A stretch of 64,000 bases of DNA, taken from assembly GCA_964016885.1 (NCBI GenBank), contig OZ024742.1, positions 11,284,001 to 11,348,000 of the forward strand, in the 5' to 3' direction. Source of the DNA: Eledone cirrhosa. Lineage: Eukaryota. Numbering within the stretch: position 1 is the first letter of the stretch; the number at the start of each line of letters is the position of its first letter. The notes beneath the pieces are model-generated. The model worked only from the letters and a program-made list of their open reading frames with translations. It did not search any database and was not told the origin of the DNA. The translations under genes and the position numbers were made by a program. Below, in pieces: positions 1-10,294 of this stretch.

Positions 1-173
1 ATTAATTAATAAACAAGACGTTTCTCCAGATATCAATCAGAAAAAAATGAAGGAATAAATCCTCGCTTGCTGATGAAATTTATGTTTAAACCATATTTCA
101 GTGATGGTATTTGATGTACATTATAATATATATAAATATAGACTCCAGTTGCATTTTCAATTTCATCTTTTTT

Positions 174-176
<3 letters not shown>

Positions 177-218
<42 letters not shown>
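177..218. repeat. (TA)n microsatellite
   Basis: Perfect TA run. Confidence 0.95.
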
Positions 219-222
<4 letters not shown>

Positions 223-350
223 CCGACAGCATTTATCTTTGTTACGATCATGTGAAAAATGTCAAATATCTATTAAGTAATAATAAATGACTTTTTAGCA
301 AGTTAATGCGAAGTTTATAGGATTTCTGTAAAACTATGATATATATATAT

Positions 351-650
351 ATGATGATGATGGATGCCCCCTCGTTATCGAGTATGGCCATTGCAGAATA
401 TAACATTATTAATAATTATTTATTAATTCTATCGTGCAATGCCCGTGCGTGAAGATATTTTTTAAAGTGAGAAAAGACTGAGCCAATCCCACTCTCTAAG
501 CGACAGTAGCTATAACCCAAAAAGAAGAAAAGATCAACATCATCGGTAACTACTGAGCCGCAGGTTTTATGTCGGAGTAATCCTAGTTTCCAGAGTTGCC
601 TTCTCCTCGAAGAATGCCCTGACAAGAGATAGGGGTCCTTCACTCCCAGT
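351..650 (-). mobile_element. Non-autonomous retroposon, probably RTE-related; 5'-truncated relative to the copy at 7847-8197
   Basis: The reverse complement aligns along its length with 7899-8197. On the minus strand it ends in ctcgataacgagggggcatc(cat)n, a stem-loop plus short-repeat tail typical of LINE-mobilised elements. The family assignment is inference. Confidence 0.65.
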
Positions 651-730
651 ATATATTATAGGTAAAAACAAAAACAAAGCGAAGAGTGCAGTACAAAGTG
701 TTACTATTTGGTTCACGCTTGAGAGTGGGG

Positions 731-797
<67 letters not shown>

Positions 798-798
798 C
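731..798. repeat. (TA)n-(TG)n compound microsatellite
   Basis: Direct inspection. Confidence 0.95.
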
Positions 799-799
799 T

Positions 800-2470
800 T
801 AGTTAATTTAATCAACCAAATCAAATTCTGTAAGTACTCTAACCCTTTTCAATCTAAACTCTCTAACGAAACGATATTTCAAAATTCAAATCTTCTAAAA
901 ATAAGTTCATTTTCTCTGATAAAACTAAAAACTTATACGAAGTTAATAATAACTTACATGACCAACTCTTAACAGATAACATCACCTCTAAATACCAAAT
1001 AGCTAATATAAACACCTATAATACTATTAATAAGGTAGCTAAAGAATTAGCTAGTTTTTTTTTAAATAGACAATAGAACAGAAAAACTTGCTAAACGTAA
1101 TGCCTATATCACCCTCAAAGATCACAAACCTGATTTTATTAATCGTCCTCGTTGTAGATTAATCAACCCTGCTAAGATTGAAATCGGCCTTGCTAGCAAA
1201 AAATATATTAAATAATATAAACAAACATATTAGAAGTAAGTCTGAATTACTCCAATGGATAAATAGCTCTTCCGTAGTACATTGGTTTAATAATATTAAA
1301 GATAAAAATAGTTCTAGATTCACCCAATTTGACATTGTAGACTTCTACCCGTCTATTACTCACCCTCTTTTAACGAAAGCATTAAATTTCGCTAGAAAGT
1401 TTATCAATATTTCTGATATTGAAGAGAATGTCATTTTGCATGCTAGAAACACTTTACTGTTTACTAATAATGACACTTGGGTAAAACAATCTAATCCAGA
1501 GAACCCATTCGATGTTTCAATGGGTTCTTTTTACAGTGCTGACGTGTGTAATTTAGAGAAATTCCCTAACCATACATTTGGGATTTATCGCGTCGATGAT
1601 CTAATACTTTCCCATACCACTATAGGCCATAACTTAGATAGATTCAGGAAAGACTTAATAAAAACCTTCGCTAGTTTTAATCTTAAAATTACTATTGACA
1701 CTAAACTTTCTAATGTTAATTTTCTATATATAAACCTAGATCTGCCTACTGCTTCTTATAAACCGTAAAATAAACCTAATGAAAATTTAAAATATATAAA
1801 TAAAGGCTCTTGCCATCCTCCTATAGTTTTTAAAAACCTTATCCCTAATATTAGCCGTAGGATCTCCACCCTCTCTTCCTCAGAAGCTATTTTCAATGAG
1901 GCCTCCACCTACTATAATAGAGCCGTTCAAAATAGCGGATTTAGCGAACCGATTAAGTACATACCCAACAATACTAACTCCTTTAAACATAATAATAGGA
2001 AAAGAAAAATAATCTGGTTCACACCCCCTACTCTTTAGCAGTTAAAACTAATGTAGGCAAAACATTCCTAAAGCTTTTAGATAAACATTTCCCTAGAACA
2101 CATAGATACTATAAGATCTTCAATAGAAACTGTGTCAAAATAAGCTACTCCTGCGGTCCCCCTATTAAATCTTATATCCTCAATAAGAAAATACCCAGAG
2201 AACATCAAAATTGCTCCTGTAGAGTCAAAAGTGAATGCCCATTACAAGGTAAATGCAACACCAAAGCCATTGTTTATGCGGCTAAAGTGACAACCACCAG
2301 CAACAACCTACCAGCCACCAGCGAACGATATGTGGGTATGACAAGACAAATTCAAAACGCGTTATTACTCACATGTCGCATCTTTGCGACATCCTGAAAA
2401 AAGATTTACAACAGCTCTGGCTAGCAGAATATGGGATTTGAAAGACCAGTTGCCCACATATGAAATCACA
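800..2470 (+). pseudogene. Degenerate Penelope-like retroelement ORF: reverse transcriptase plus C-terminal GIY-YIG endonuclease (Hydra-clade-like)
   Basis: Translation across frameshifts and stops gives [37 protein letters not shown] (RT motif A), FDVSMGS (motif B) and a mutated catalytic GIYRVDD (normally YRDD). It continues GSCHPP, IIWFTPP, KIFNRNCVKISYSC, CSCRVKSECPLQGKC (2212 onward), IVY (2269-2277), YVG (2329-2337) and FKTRYYSH...IWDLKD. There is an in-frame stop at 1766-1768, at least 3 frameshifts, and the C-terminus is truncated. Confidence 0.92.
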
Positions 2471-2829
2471 CTTGATTTCCAGCTCATATAAACTTAACTC
2501 ACTTTCAGATACTTATCCTCCATAAACTCTTGTTCTTCACTTTCCTTAACTTACCTTCTTTACAGACTTCTCTTTCTGATTTACTTTTATTTTTATTTTT
2601 AACTTTATTTTTACTTCACATCCACTAGTGACACCCACCCCCGTGCTTTTTGATTCACTTACTTTATATCTTCACAATTTTACATATTTTACTTCCCCCT
2701 TTTCTTTCACTACCTGATATCAAATGTCACTTGTGTTTTCAACTCCAGATATATTCTGTTGTCCCTCAGCCGCTTTTATGTATGTTTACTTGCGTATAAT
2801 TTGTACCCATTTATTCATACGGCTGGTTT

Positions 2830-3056
2830 TTATATTGTATGTATGCATGTAAGTGTGCTTATGTGTGTATACGTGTTTGTATATGTGTATATGTGTGTGT
2901 GTATGTGTGTTTTTATATCTATGTTTTTTACATACTTATATATATATATGGTTGCGTGCGTGTGATTAGATGTACATGTATGTATATATATGTGTATCGT
3001 GTGTATGTATGCGCGCTTTTGTATGTATGTACGCATGAATGTGCTTTTGTCTGTAC

Positions 3057-3100
<44 letters not shown>
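2830..3100. repeat. Degenerate (TG/TA) low-complexity tract ending in (TA)n
   Basis: Direct inspection; source of the spurious Y/I/C/V-rich ORFs. Confidence 0.85.
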
Positions 3101-3103
<3 letters not shown>

Positions 3104-3729
3104 TACGAACCTCTGTATTTTTTCTACTTTTTATTTATTTTTTTCTAATGTTACTTTATAATTGATAACCCCCACCCCTCTTACTTTCTCTTTGATTTAA
3201 TTTTTTTATTCTTATATATTATTTCATTTTCATATTTTATATTTTTATATCAGTATCGACCTTCAGCCTGACACTGCTTTGACTGATACACTCCCTTCCC
3301 TGTATATATCTCATAAATGTATGTGGTTGCGCGTGTGTGTATGTTTATACGCGTCCTTTCATCCTTGTATGTGTATATATTTCAATCCTTAGTCCCTGAG
3401 TCTGTATGTACGCTAACTCTATTATCTTACAATTTCTTTTTTCAACATATATTATATACGTAGTTGAGGTCACACATACACTGATATGCTTGCCCTCATG
3501 TATGTACTTACGCACACATTTTTTCATTATACACATGCATTTGTACATACACACATATGTACATTTGTAGGTGCATATACACACATTTATACACATACCC
3601 TTATTATATTTCCTTATTTTATTTTTATATATCTCTTGCATTACTTTTATTTATATATTTCTTTTGCCCGTTAAACTTTTGCCTTTCTTGAAGAGATTTT
3701 TCAAATATTTCACTATGTTTTAAATTGCC

Positions 3730-3801
3730 TTGTCTGACGAACGAATGAGGACGTTTCTTGTATTTGTCTTATTCGGGAAACCTCTGGTAATGAGGTAATT
3801 A
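3730..3801 (+). ncRNA. Candidate type I hammerhead ribozyme (degenerate), probably in the PLE terminal repeat
   Basis: CTGACGA core at 3734-3740; stem II cgaatgag/cttattcg; GAAA at 3777-3780; stem III cctc/gagg closing a 7-nt loop; GUA cleavage triplet at 3795-3797. Stem I is weak and the first stem II pair is an A-G mismatch. Confidence 0.6.
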
Positions 3802-3835
3802 TATTGTATTGTTTATTATATATATATATATATAT

Positions 3836-3950
3836 ATAGGAACGAGTAGGACCCCGACGGCTGAGCTCAAGCCGTTTCGACGGCTAATTGGTCCAGAATT
3901 AGCCGTCGAAACGGCTTGATCTCAGCCGTCAGGGTCCTACTCGTTCCTAT
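3836..3950. repeat. 115-bp near-perfect palindrome (54-bp arms, 2 mismatches, 7-nt loop); possible MITE or foldback element
   Basis: Arm 3836-3889 is the reverse complement of 3897-3950. It is GC-rich against an AT-rich background and abuts (TA)n. Confidence 0.9.
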
Positions 3951-4094
3951 TACCCACTCTACTACCATAAGTATTGAGTACTTTGGTGCGTTATGGTCCA
4001 CCTGGTTCCTTACCACATTTCCTTCGTTATATATAAACAAAATGGCGTAGGGCAGAACAAAGGAGAGGCACAAAAACAAAGAAAAGAATCCCCA

Positions 4095-4137
4095 GTCACT
4101 GAAGAGGTCACAGAATGTGTGACGAAAGAACTTTGAC
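4095..4137 (+). ncRNA. Candidate minimal type I hammerhead ribozyme
   Basis: Stem I gtca(4095-98)/tgac(4134-37); CTGAAGA at 4099-4105 followed by one extra G; stem II gtcaca/tgtgac; GAAA at 4124-27; vestigial stem III A-U and G-C with a 2-nt loop; CUU triplet at 4131-33. Confidence 0.55.
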
Positions 4138-4267
4138 AATATATAAACAACCATCTGATTATGGAACCAACCAACCAACCGGAAATTTATAAATTTATTA
4201 TAATAAATTGAAGTGAAAGCAACTGGTGCGTGTGTTTCTTATTGGCAACATGACCCTCCCAAAGTAT

Positions 4268-4302
<35 letters not shown>

Positions 4303-4389
4303 GTATATATAATTACGTAGAGCTATTGTTGGTGGTAATTAAGGAGATGGTTGATTGTATTACTTGCCTTAATCTTTATTTGTTAAACT

Positions 4390-4515
4390 GGGTGGCTGAA
4401 TGGTTATATTAAGTCAGGATTGTAAGGTTGCGAGTGCCAGGTGTGTTTTGTGTTCTTGAGCAAGACACTTTATTTTACGTTCCTTCAGTCAATTCAACTA
4501 AGAGAAATGAGTCCT
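4390..4515 (+). mobile_element. Degenerate tRNA-derived SINE (family B, CORE-like body)
   Basis: A-box-like tggctgaatgg, and gtgttcttgagcaagacactttattttacg matching the reverse complement of 7600-7635. Confidence 0.55.
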
Positions 4516-4759
4516 TCTTGTATTCAAAATTGTCAGATTTGTGGTATATTGGGTCTCACTGAATCTTCCTCAGAACTACGAAGGTAGGTTGACTATGAGG
4601 GATTGATGCTAGAGCTGTGAAATCTTGCATGCTTTAATTTCAACTCTTCTAATTAATAATTGCATTGTTTATTTCCAAGGACTATGTTGAAAATTAACCT
4701 CATTTGGTCATTCCATGAGAGTATCTTGGTCAGCTTATGAACTTTTTAACAGTATATAT

Positions 4760-4912
4760 GAGCATATATACATAAAACACACATATACGTACATTGCCAA
4801 AGTGTACATACATACATTCATTCATACATACATACATACCCACACACATACTCACGCACATACAGATATACATGCCTGCATACATACATACATTGCGTAC
4901 ATACATACATAT
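4760..4912. repeat. (TACA)n-type degenerate microsatellite
   Basis: Direct inspection. Confidence 0.85.
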
Positions 4913-5402
4913 TTGCTTGAAACCATATGATTTTGAAATGAAAAGTCGTGTGACCAAAACCTTTCCCGAGGGCAAACGTGACTGAAATTACTGAAAATTG
5001 GTTTCAAATATATTATTGAACATCTATGATGAATCAGCCGCTCTAAGACTATACCATTCATCCTACCTATATATGTTATTCAGTTGTTAGGGAAACTCAA
5101 CCTTGTCGCTCGACATGTTAAAATTAGCAGTCAAATCTCCCTCAAATCATATCCTACCGTCTTAGAAAAAGACATCTTTGATAATGTGATTCCTTGCTCA
5201 CAGAAAACCAACGTATTAGTCACTCCTGGAATACCTACAAACATAGGATGTCTGATCAGTGCTATTGTCAAGATAAACAACAACAACAACAACGACACGA
5301 TGTAAGTCAATGACTCAGCCTGTACACCAGTGTTTCTAAACCTTTTTACCATTGTGGAACCCTGGAAATAGTTTTCATGTCTCAGGGAACCTCTGCGTAA
5401 AC

Positions 5403-5590
5403 TTGGCAGTATCGGTAGAGGGTCGGACACCATACTTTGACGCATAGAGTTACGGCCCTTGCCATTCTGAGTTCAAGTCCCGCCGAGGTTAACTTTGCCT
5501 TTCATCCTTACGGGGTCGATAACATAAAGTACCAGTAATGCGCTGGGATAATTGCTGGCCTTGTGTCAAAAAGTAGAAACAATTATTATA
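5403..5590 (+). mobile_element. tRNA-derived SINE (family A), tandem copy 1
   Basis: A box tggcagtatcgg, B box gagttcaagtc, conserved body gccgaggttaactttgcctttcatccttacggggtcgataa...gtaccag, AT-rich tail. Confidence 0.85.
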
Positions 5591-5785
5591 AGGGCGGTGG
5601 ATTGGCAGTATCGGTAGAGCATCGGACGCTATGCTTTGACGAATAGATTTACGCCCTTTATGGTCTGAGCACAAATCCCTCCGAGGTTAACTTTGTCTTT
5701 TATCCTTACGGGGTCGATAAAAAAGTACCAGTAATATACTAGGATATTTGCTGGCCTTGTGCCAAAAGTAGAACAAATTATTAAT
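5591..5785 (+). mobile_element. tRNA-derived SINE (family A), tandem copy 2
   Basis: Direct repeat of 5403-5590 with scattered substitutions; 5' end ggcggtggattggcag is retained. Confidence 0.85.
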
Positions 5786-6059
5786 ATCTAAATGCATTAG
5801 TTTATTTATCACTGTTTCTCGCGGAAGCCCTAGCGACCTCTAGCGGAACCTTAAGTCTCCGGGGAACACCGGTTGAGAAATATTACTCTACGCCATCGAT
5901 TCCACGACTTTTTACATCACAACCAATTTTAATAAATCAGTAACCCCACCCTCAAAGTCATTTTCTAAAATATATTAAAACGGAGCACACTTAAAATTTG
6001 ATGATTTGGGAGTGAAAAGTTAATTTAAAAGTCTAAAGTCTGTCTCTAGCCCGCAGGTT

Positions 6060-6420
6060 CATCAGGCCAGTACTTATACCAGTTTCTGTGGCGTGAAGCG
6101 ACTAACAGTACAAGGCTTCCCCTGAACAGGATACCAGTCCATCACAGGGTTATGTAAAGTATACCTTAAATGTTAAGTAAATCCCTCTCCAGGCTGGTGC
6201 TTATCCAGATTTCTGGGGCATTAAGCGACTGAGAGTACAATAATCCTCTCTGAACAGGACGCTTGTCCATTGCAGGGTTAAATCCCCAAATATCACTTGT
6301 ACACATTCTCAGCTGAGTATACTGGAGACAAGAGTATACAAGAACACAATTCATAACACAGTCCAGGAATCAAACGTACGAAGTTTGATCGTACATCCAA
6401 CACACTTACCACCAGGCTAA
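6060..6420 (-). mobile_element. Degenerate SINE (family B-like) with a duplicated ~90-bp segment
   Basis: 6063-6152 and 6190-6280 are diverged direct repeats (caggc...cttat...aagcgact...ctgaacagga...gtccat...cagggtta). The right end gtccaggaatcaaac resembles the reversed B-box region at 7648-7662. Confidence 0.55.
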
Positions 6421-6884
6421 ACCTGAAGCCCTTATGGTATATCATATTCATGAATGTTTTATATTTCATTAAACTATTCTTAAAGTAAAATATGTAGACA
6501 TTACCCCTCTTTCAGGATTGTATCGTGAGTCAATATTATAACCTACACTCCTTAACTCTTTAGCATTTAAACCGGCCATATCCGGCCAGAATTCTCTCAC
6601 CTGTTTCTATTCAAACCGGCTGTAACTAGCTACTCACACTTATGTTAAGCTATTCTTCTCAAAATAAATGATATCAAAATCTCCTAGATTTGATATCATG
6701 TAAAATAAAGTGTTTAACATGAAAATACAATAGTATATATTGAGTAATGTAAATATTAAAGTGTTAAATATGTAAGGAGTGTACAGATTAGATAACGTAG
6801 GCTTAAATATATTTAAAATGAAAGGGTTACGGCTGGAATGTCTTTTGCTTATTTATCGGCTTGATCAAGGTTATCTTGGACATA

Positions 6885-6965
6885 ACAAACGACAATGACA
6901 ACAGCAAAAATAACAACAACAACAACGACAACAGCAACGACAACAACAGCAACAACAACATCAAC
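6885..6965. repeat. (CAA/CAG)n trinucleotide microsatellite; a similar tract lies at 7140-7180
   Basis: Direct inspection. Confidence 0.85.
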
Positions 6966-6974
6966 GGTTCCTGA

Positions 6975-7135
6975 GATAGGCACAAGGCCAACACATTTTG
7001 GAGAGGGGAAAATCGATTAATCGACCCTAGTTCGATACTGGTACATTATTCATCGACAACGTCAGGAAGAAAAGCAAAGCTAACCACGGTGGGATTTGAA
7101 CTCAGAACGTAAAAAGCAGTAACTATATGCCACGA
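6975..7135 (-). mobile_element. Degenerate family A SINE
   Basis: ggcacaaggcca...ctggtac...gaaaagcaaagctaaccacggtgggatttgaactcagaac is the reverse complement of the family A body and B box. Confidence 0.7.
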
Positions 7136-7289
7136 AGCAATACAACAACAACAAAAATAACAGCAACAGCAACAACAACGTAACTAAAATGTATCTCTCT
7201 GTCTGAAATTATGGAATAGTTCCGTAACTCCTGATGGAGTCGTCGAGGGGACGTATGACGGAGTTTCTTAGAGAATTTCAAACCTTGCG

Positions 7290-7468
7290 GAGCCCTTCCC
7301 TCTCCAAGTCTGAATACAGTAGATTTCCTTCAGGGAACGATAGAAAGTAAAAGAATGGAAGTAAGTAAGAGATATAGAGGAAGAATAGACCCCAATACCA
7401 GACTGGTACTCTTTTATTGACTTCGAAAGGATGAAAGGAAAAGTTAACCTCGGCGGGATTTGAAATGA
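7290..7468 (-). mobile_element. Family A SINE fragment with an extended 3' region shared with 10750-10930
   Basis: ctggtact...aggatgaaaggaaaagttaacctcggcgggatttgaa; the segment tctcca(a/g)gtctgaatacag..agattt...gagatatagaggaaga is shared with 10755-10850. Confidence 0.7.
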
Positions 7469-7594
7469 GGGAGTATGTATGTATGTATATATAAAAGGAA
7501 CGATCGACTTTCGTCAAATCGGACCGAGGGAACAATGTTTCCGTTGGTCTTTCCAATTGCTAATACTATCTATCGGGCGCAACTCCAGGTAGAA

Positions 7595-7715
7595 GGAGCA
7601 ACGTGAAAAATAAAGTGTCTTGCTCAAGGACATAACGCATCGCCTGGTCCAGGAATCGAACTCACAACCTTACGATTGCGAATCCAATTCTCTAACCACT
7701 CAGCCACACGCCTTC
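7595..7715 (-). mobile_element. tRNA-derived SINE head (family B, CORE-like body)
   Basis: The minus strand reads ggcgtgtggctgagtggttagag...gtgagttcgattcctgg (A and B boxes), then gtccttgagcaagacacttta. Confidence 0.75.
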
Positions 7716-7846
7716 ACGTATGTATATATATATATATATATATATATACATACATACATTTACAAAAAATGTGTAAATGTGTATATACATATGTATACAT
7801 GTGTGCATGTATATATGTATATACATGTGTACATATGTATATATAT

Positions 7847-8197
7847 GCGCGGGGACATAGAAATAATCGGGTTGAATACCCGATCGCGCAGGTAAACCAC
7901 TGGGAGTGAAAGACCCCTAACCTTTGTCAGGGCATTCTTCTAGGAGAAGGCAACTCAGGAAGCTGGGATATCTCCGACATAAAACCTGCGGCTCAGTAGT
8001 TACTGATAATGTTGATCTTTTCTTCTTTTCGGGTTATAGCTAGTGTCGCTCAGAGAGTGGGATTGGCTCAGTGCACAGTCTTTCCTCACTTTAAAAAATA
8101 TCTTTACGCACAGGCATTGCACGATAGAATTAATTAATGATTATTAATAATGTTATATTGTGCAATGGCCATACTCGATAACGAGGGAGCAGCCATC
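7847..8197 (+). mobile_element. Non-autonomous retroposon, probably RTE-related (longer copy)
   Basis: Homologous to 351-650 in the opposite orientation, flanked by TA-rich microsatellites. It has a 5' hairpin atcgggt-tgaat-acccgat and a ggagaaggcaactc...taaaacc motif reminiscent of RTE 5' UTRs. Confidence 0.65.
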
Positions 8198-8795
8198 CTA
8201 TATGTATATATATATATATATATATAATAAACGTATTTACGTGAGTACATGTATTTGTGTGAATGTATGTTCGAGTGTTTTGTATATATTGACTTGTTTT
8301 TATGTATCGTGTGTGCGGGTTTGGTTAGTGTGAGTATGTATATGTAGGCTTGTACGTGTTCGTGTTGTGTGCCTTTGTGTAATATGTACGTTGTGTGTGT
8401 GTGTGTGACTTGATGAACGTAGCTATCCAGGAGGCCATTCATGTGTTGTCTGTATGTTTGTATACTTCTGGGCGTTTTCTCCTCTCAGGATTAACAGTAT
8501 TTGAGATTCCATGAAAAATGCATGAGAATAGGTTTAAATTGTTGACGAACTGATTATGTGTCTGTACTGTATAGAGAATCAGGTCCCACCCTCTCCATAT
8601 ATATATATGTGTGTCTGTGTGTGTATTGTTCTCCGTGTTTGCTTCTCATTTTTAACCTTGCGCTATATACATACATGATGATGGTGATGATGATGATATA
8701 CATATATAGATGCATATATATTAGTTTTAGTATATGTGTCTGTGTGCATATGTACATATACACACACACAACCCCCAGCATATACCTTATATATA

Positions 8796-8966
8796 TAATT
8801 GTTTCTACTTTTGGCACAAGGCCAGCAATGCCCCAGTGTATTACTGGTACTTTATTTTATCAACTCCGTAAGGAGGAAAAGCAAAGTTAACCTCGGCGGG
8901 ATTTGAACTCAGACCGTAAAGGGACGTAACTATGCTAGAAATCATGGCGTCCGACCCTCTACCGAT
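8796..8966 (-). mobile_element. Family A SINE
   Basis: Close reverse complement of 5410-5590, including the tail and the B box. Confidence 0.85.
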
Positions 8967-9171
8967 GAGAGGTACGCACATATATGTGCATACATACACA
9001 TGTATATATATACATATTTTTTCACAAGTATATATGTGTCTATTACTTCTTCTTACTTTATAATTTATATATATATATTATATATTATATATATATATAT
9101 ATATGGTGTGTCAGCATTTTCTATTCCGTTTACCAATATATAATAACTTGTGTGTTACACCTCTATTCTTT

Positions 9172-9213
<42 letters not shown>

Positions 9214-9333
9214 TATATATATATATAAATACATACTCGGAGAAAGCTAATAGCGATACTCCGGCCAAATTCCAACTCACTCAACAAACATTAGGAAATA
9301 CCTGAGTCTATTCCCAATGAAACGTTCGTGGTT

Positions 9334-9428
9334 GCCTCGGTAGCGCAGTAGGCAGCGCCTCAGTCTCATAATCAACAGTAATGCTTGGAGAAATCTGAAT
9401 GTCGTGAGTTCGATCCTCACCTGGGGCA
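9334..9428 (+). tRNA. trnM-CAT: Elongator tRNA-Met (CAT) with a 22-nt intron at canonical position 37/38 (9371-9392)
   Basis: Acceptor stem GCCTCGG/CTGGGGC plus discriminator A; D stem GCGC/GCGC; anticodon arm TCAG-T-CT-CAT-A[intron]A-T-CTGA with the T31-T39 pair typical of eukaryotic elongator Met; T arm GTGAG-TTCGATC-CTCAC. The exons are nearly identical to the metazoan tRNA-Met(e) consensus. Confidence 0.9.
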
Positions 9429-9634
9429 CATATATATATATACACACATATATATATACAAATATACATATATGTTGTGTGTGTATATACTTCACTTTTG
9501 CCTCTCTCCGCTGTTGACCAGTTCTCTTTAATACCCTGACACAAGTCTTTAACAATCAATTTTTATTTCCTTTAAGACTATAAAAATATTATTCTTATCC
9601 CCCCCCCTCAACATTACAGCCCTGAAATATACCC

Positions 9635-9975
9635 CTACTACCACTATTTTATCTACCACCACCACTACTACTACCACCACCATTACTACTACTACTACTA
9701 CTACTATTACTACTATTACTACTACTATTACCACTACCACCACCACCACCACCAGTAGTACTACTACTACTACTATTAATACTACTACTATTACCACTAC
9801 CACTACCACCACCACCACCACTACTACTACTACTACTACCACTACCACTATTTCATCTACTACTACTAATACCACCACAACTAGTAGTATTACTAGTACT
9901 ACAACTACTACTACCACCACCACCACCACTACTACTATTACTACTACTATTACTACTACTACGACTACTACTACA

Positions 9976-10019
<44 letters not shown>

Positions 10020-10190
10020 AACCACCAAACCACCACCACCACCACCACCACCACCACTACAACTACTACTACTACTACTACTACAACCACCAAACCACCA
10101 CCACCACCACCATCACAACTACTACTACTACTACAACCACCAAACCACCACCACCACTACCACCACTACCACTACTACTACAACCACCCC
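9635..10190. repeat. Long compound (ACT)n/(ACC)n trinucleotide microsatellite
   Basis: About 550 bp of alternating ACT/ACC/ATT tracts; it produces the poly-Val ORF. Confidence 0.95.
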
Positions 10191-10294
10191 AAACACAATG
10201 TATATTTACGAGTACATTGTACTGTGACCACCACAACAAACAATCTAGATATATTCATACACCCCCAACTGAGTCTTCATATTACCCCCCCCCC

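Larger units (their letters stand above)
5328..5885. mobile_element. hAT (Charlie-like) non-autonomous DNA transposon / MITE containing two SINE copies
   Basis: TIRs CAGTGTTTCTAAACC (5328-5342) and GGTTGAGAAATATTA (5871-5885) match at 12/15. The 8-bp flanks ctgtacac and ctctacgc match at 6/8 with central TA. GGAAC(C) motifs recur subterminally at both ends. Confidence 0.75.

Noticed and set aside
10-100. Hammerhead-like fragments (minus-strand ctgattga...gaaacgtc; plus-strand ctgatga at 70-76)
   Set aside because: The core spacing is wrong or GAAA is missing, and no convincing stem II forms.
5403-5485. Additional tRNA genes (also 7640-7712 and 10915-11005)
   Set aside because: A and B boxes are present, but there is no cloverleaf and the sequence continues into SINE bodies.
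7847-7945. HDV-like ribozyme at the 5' end of the RTE-like element
   Set aside because: One hairpin is visible, but I could not build the nested double pseudoknot by eye. An RNArobo or Infernal search would be needed.
351-8197. One 7.8-kb DNA transposon bounded by 300-bp TIRs
   Set aside because: The arms are diverged, unequal in length and carry retroposon-like tails. There is no TSD or transposase, so independent insertions are more parsimonious.
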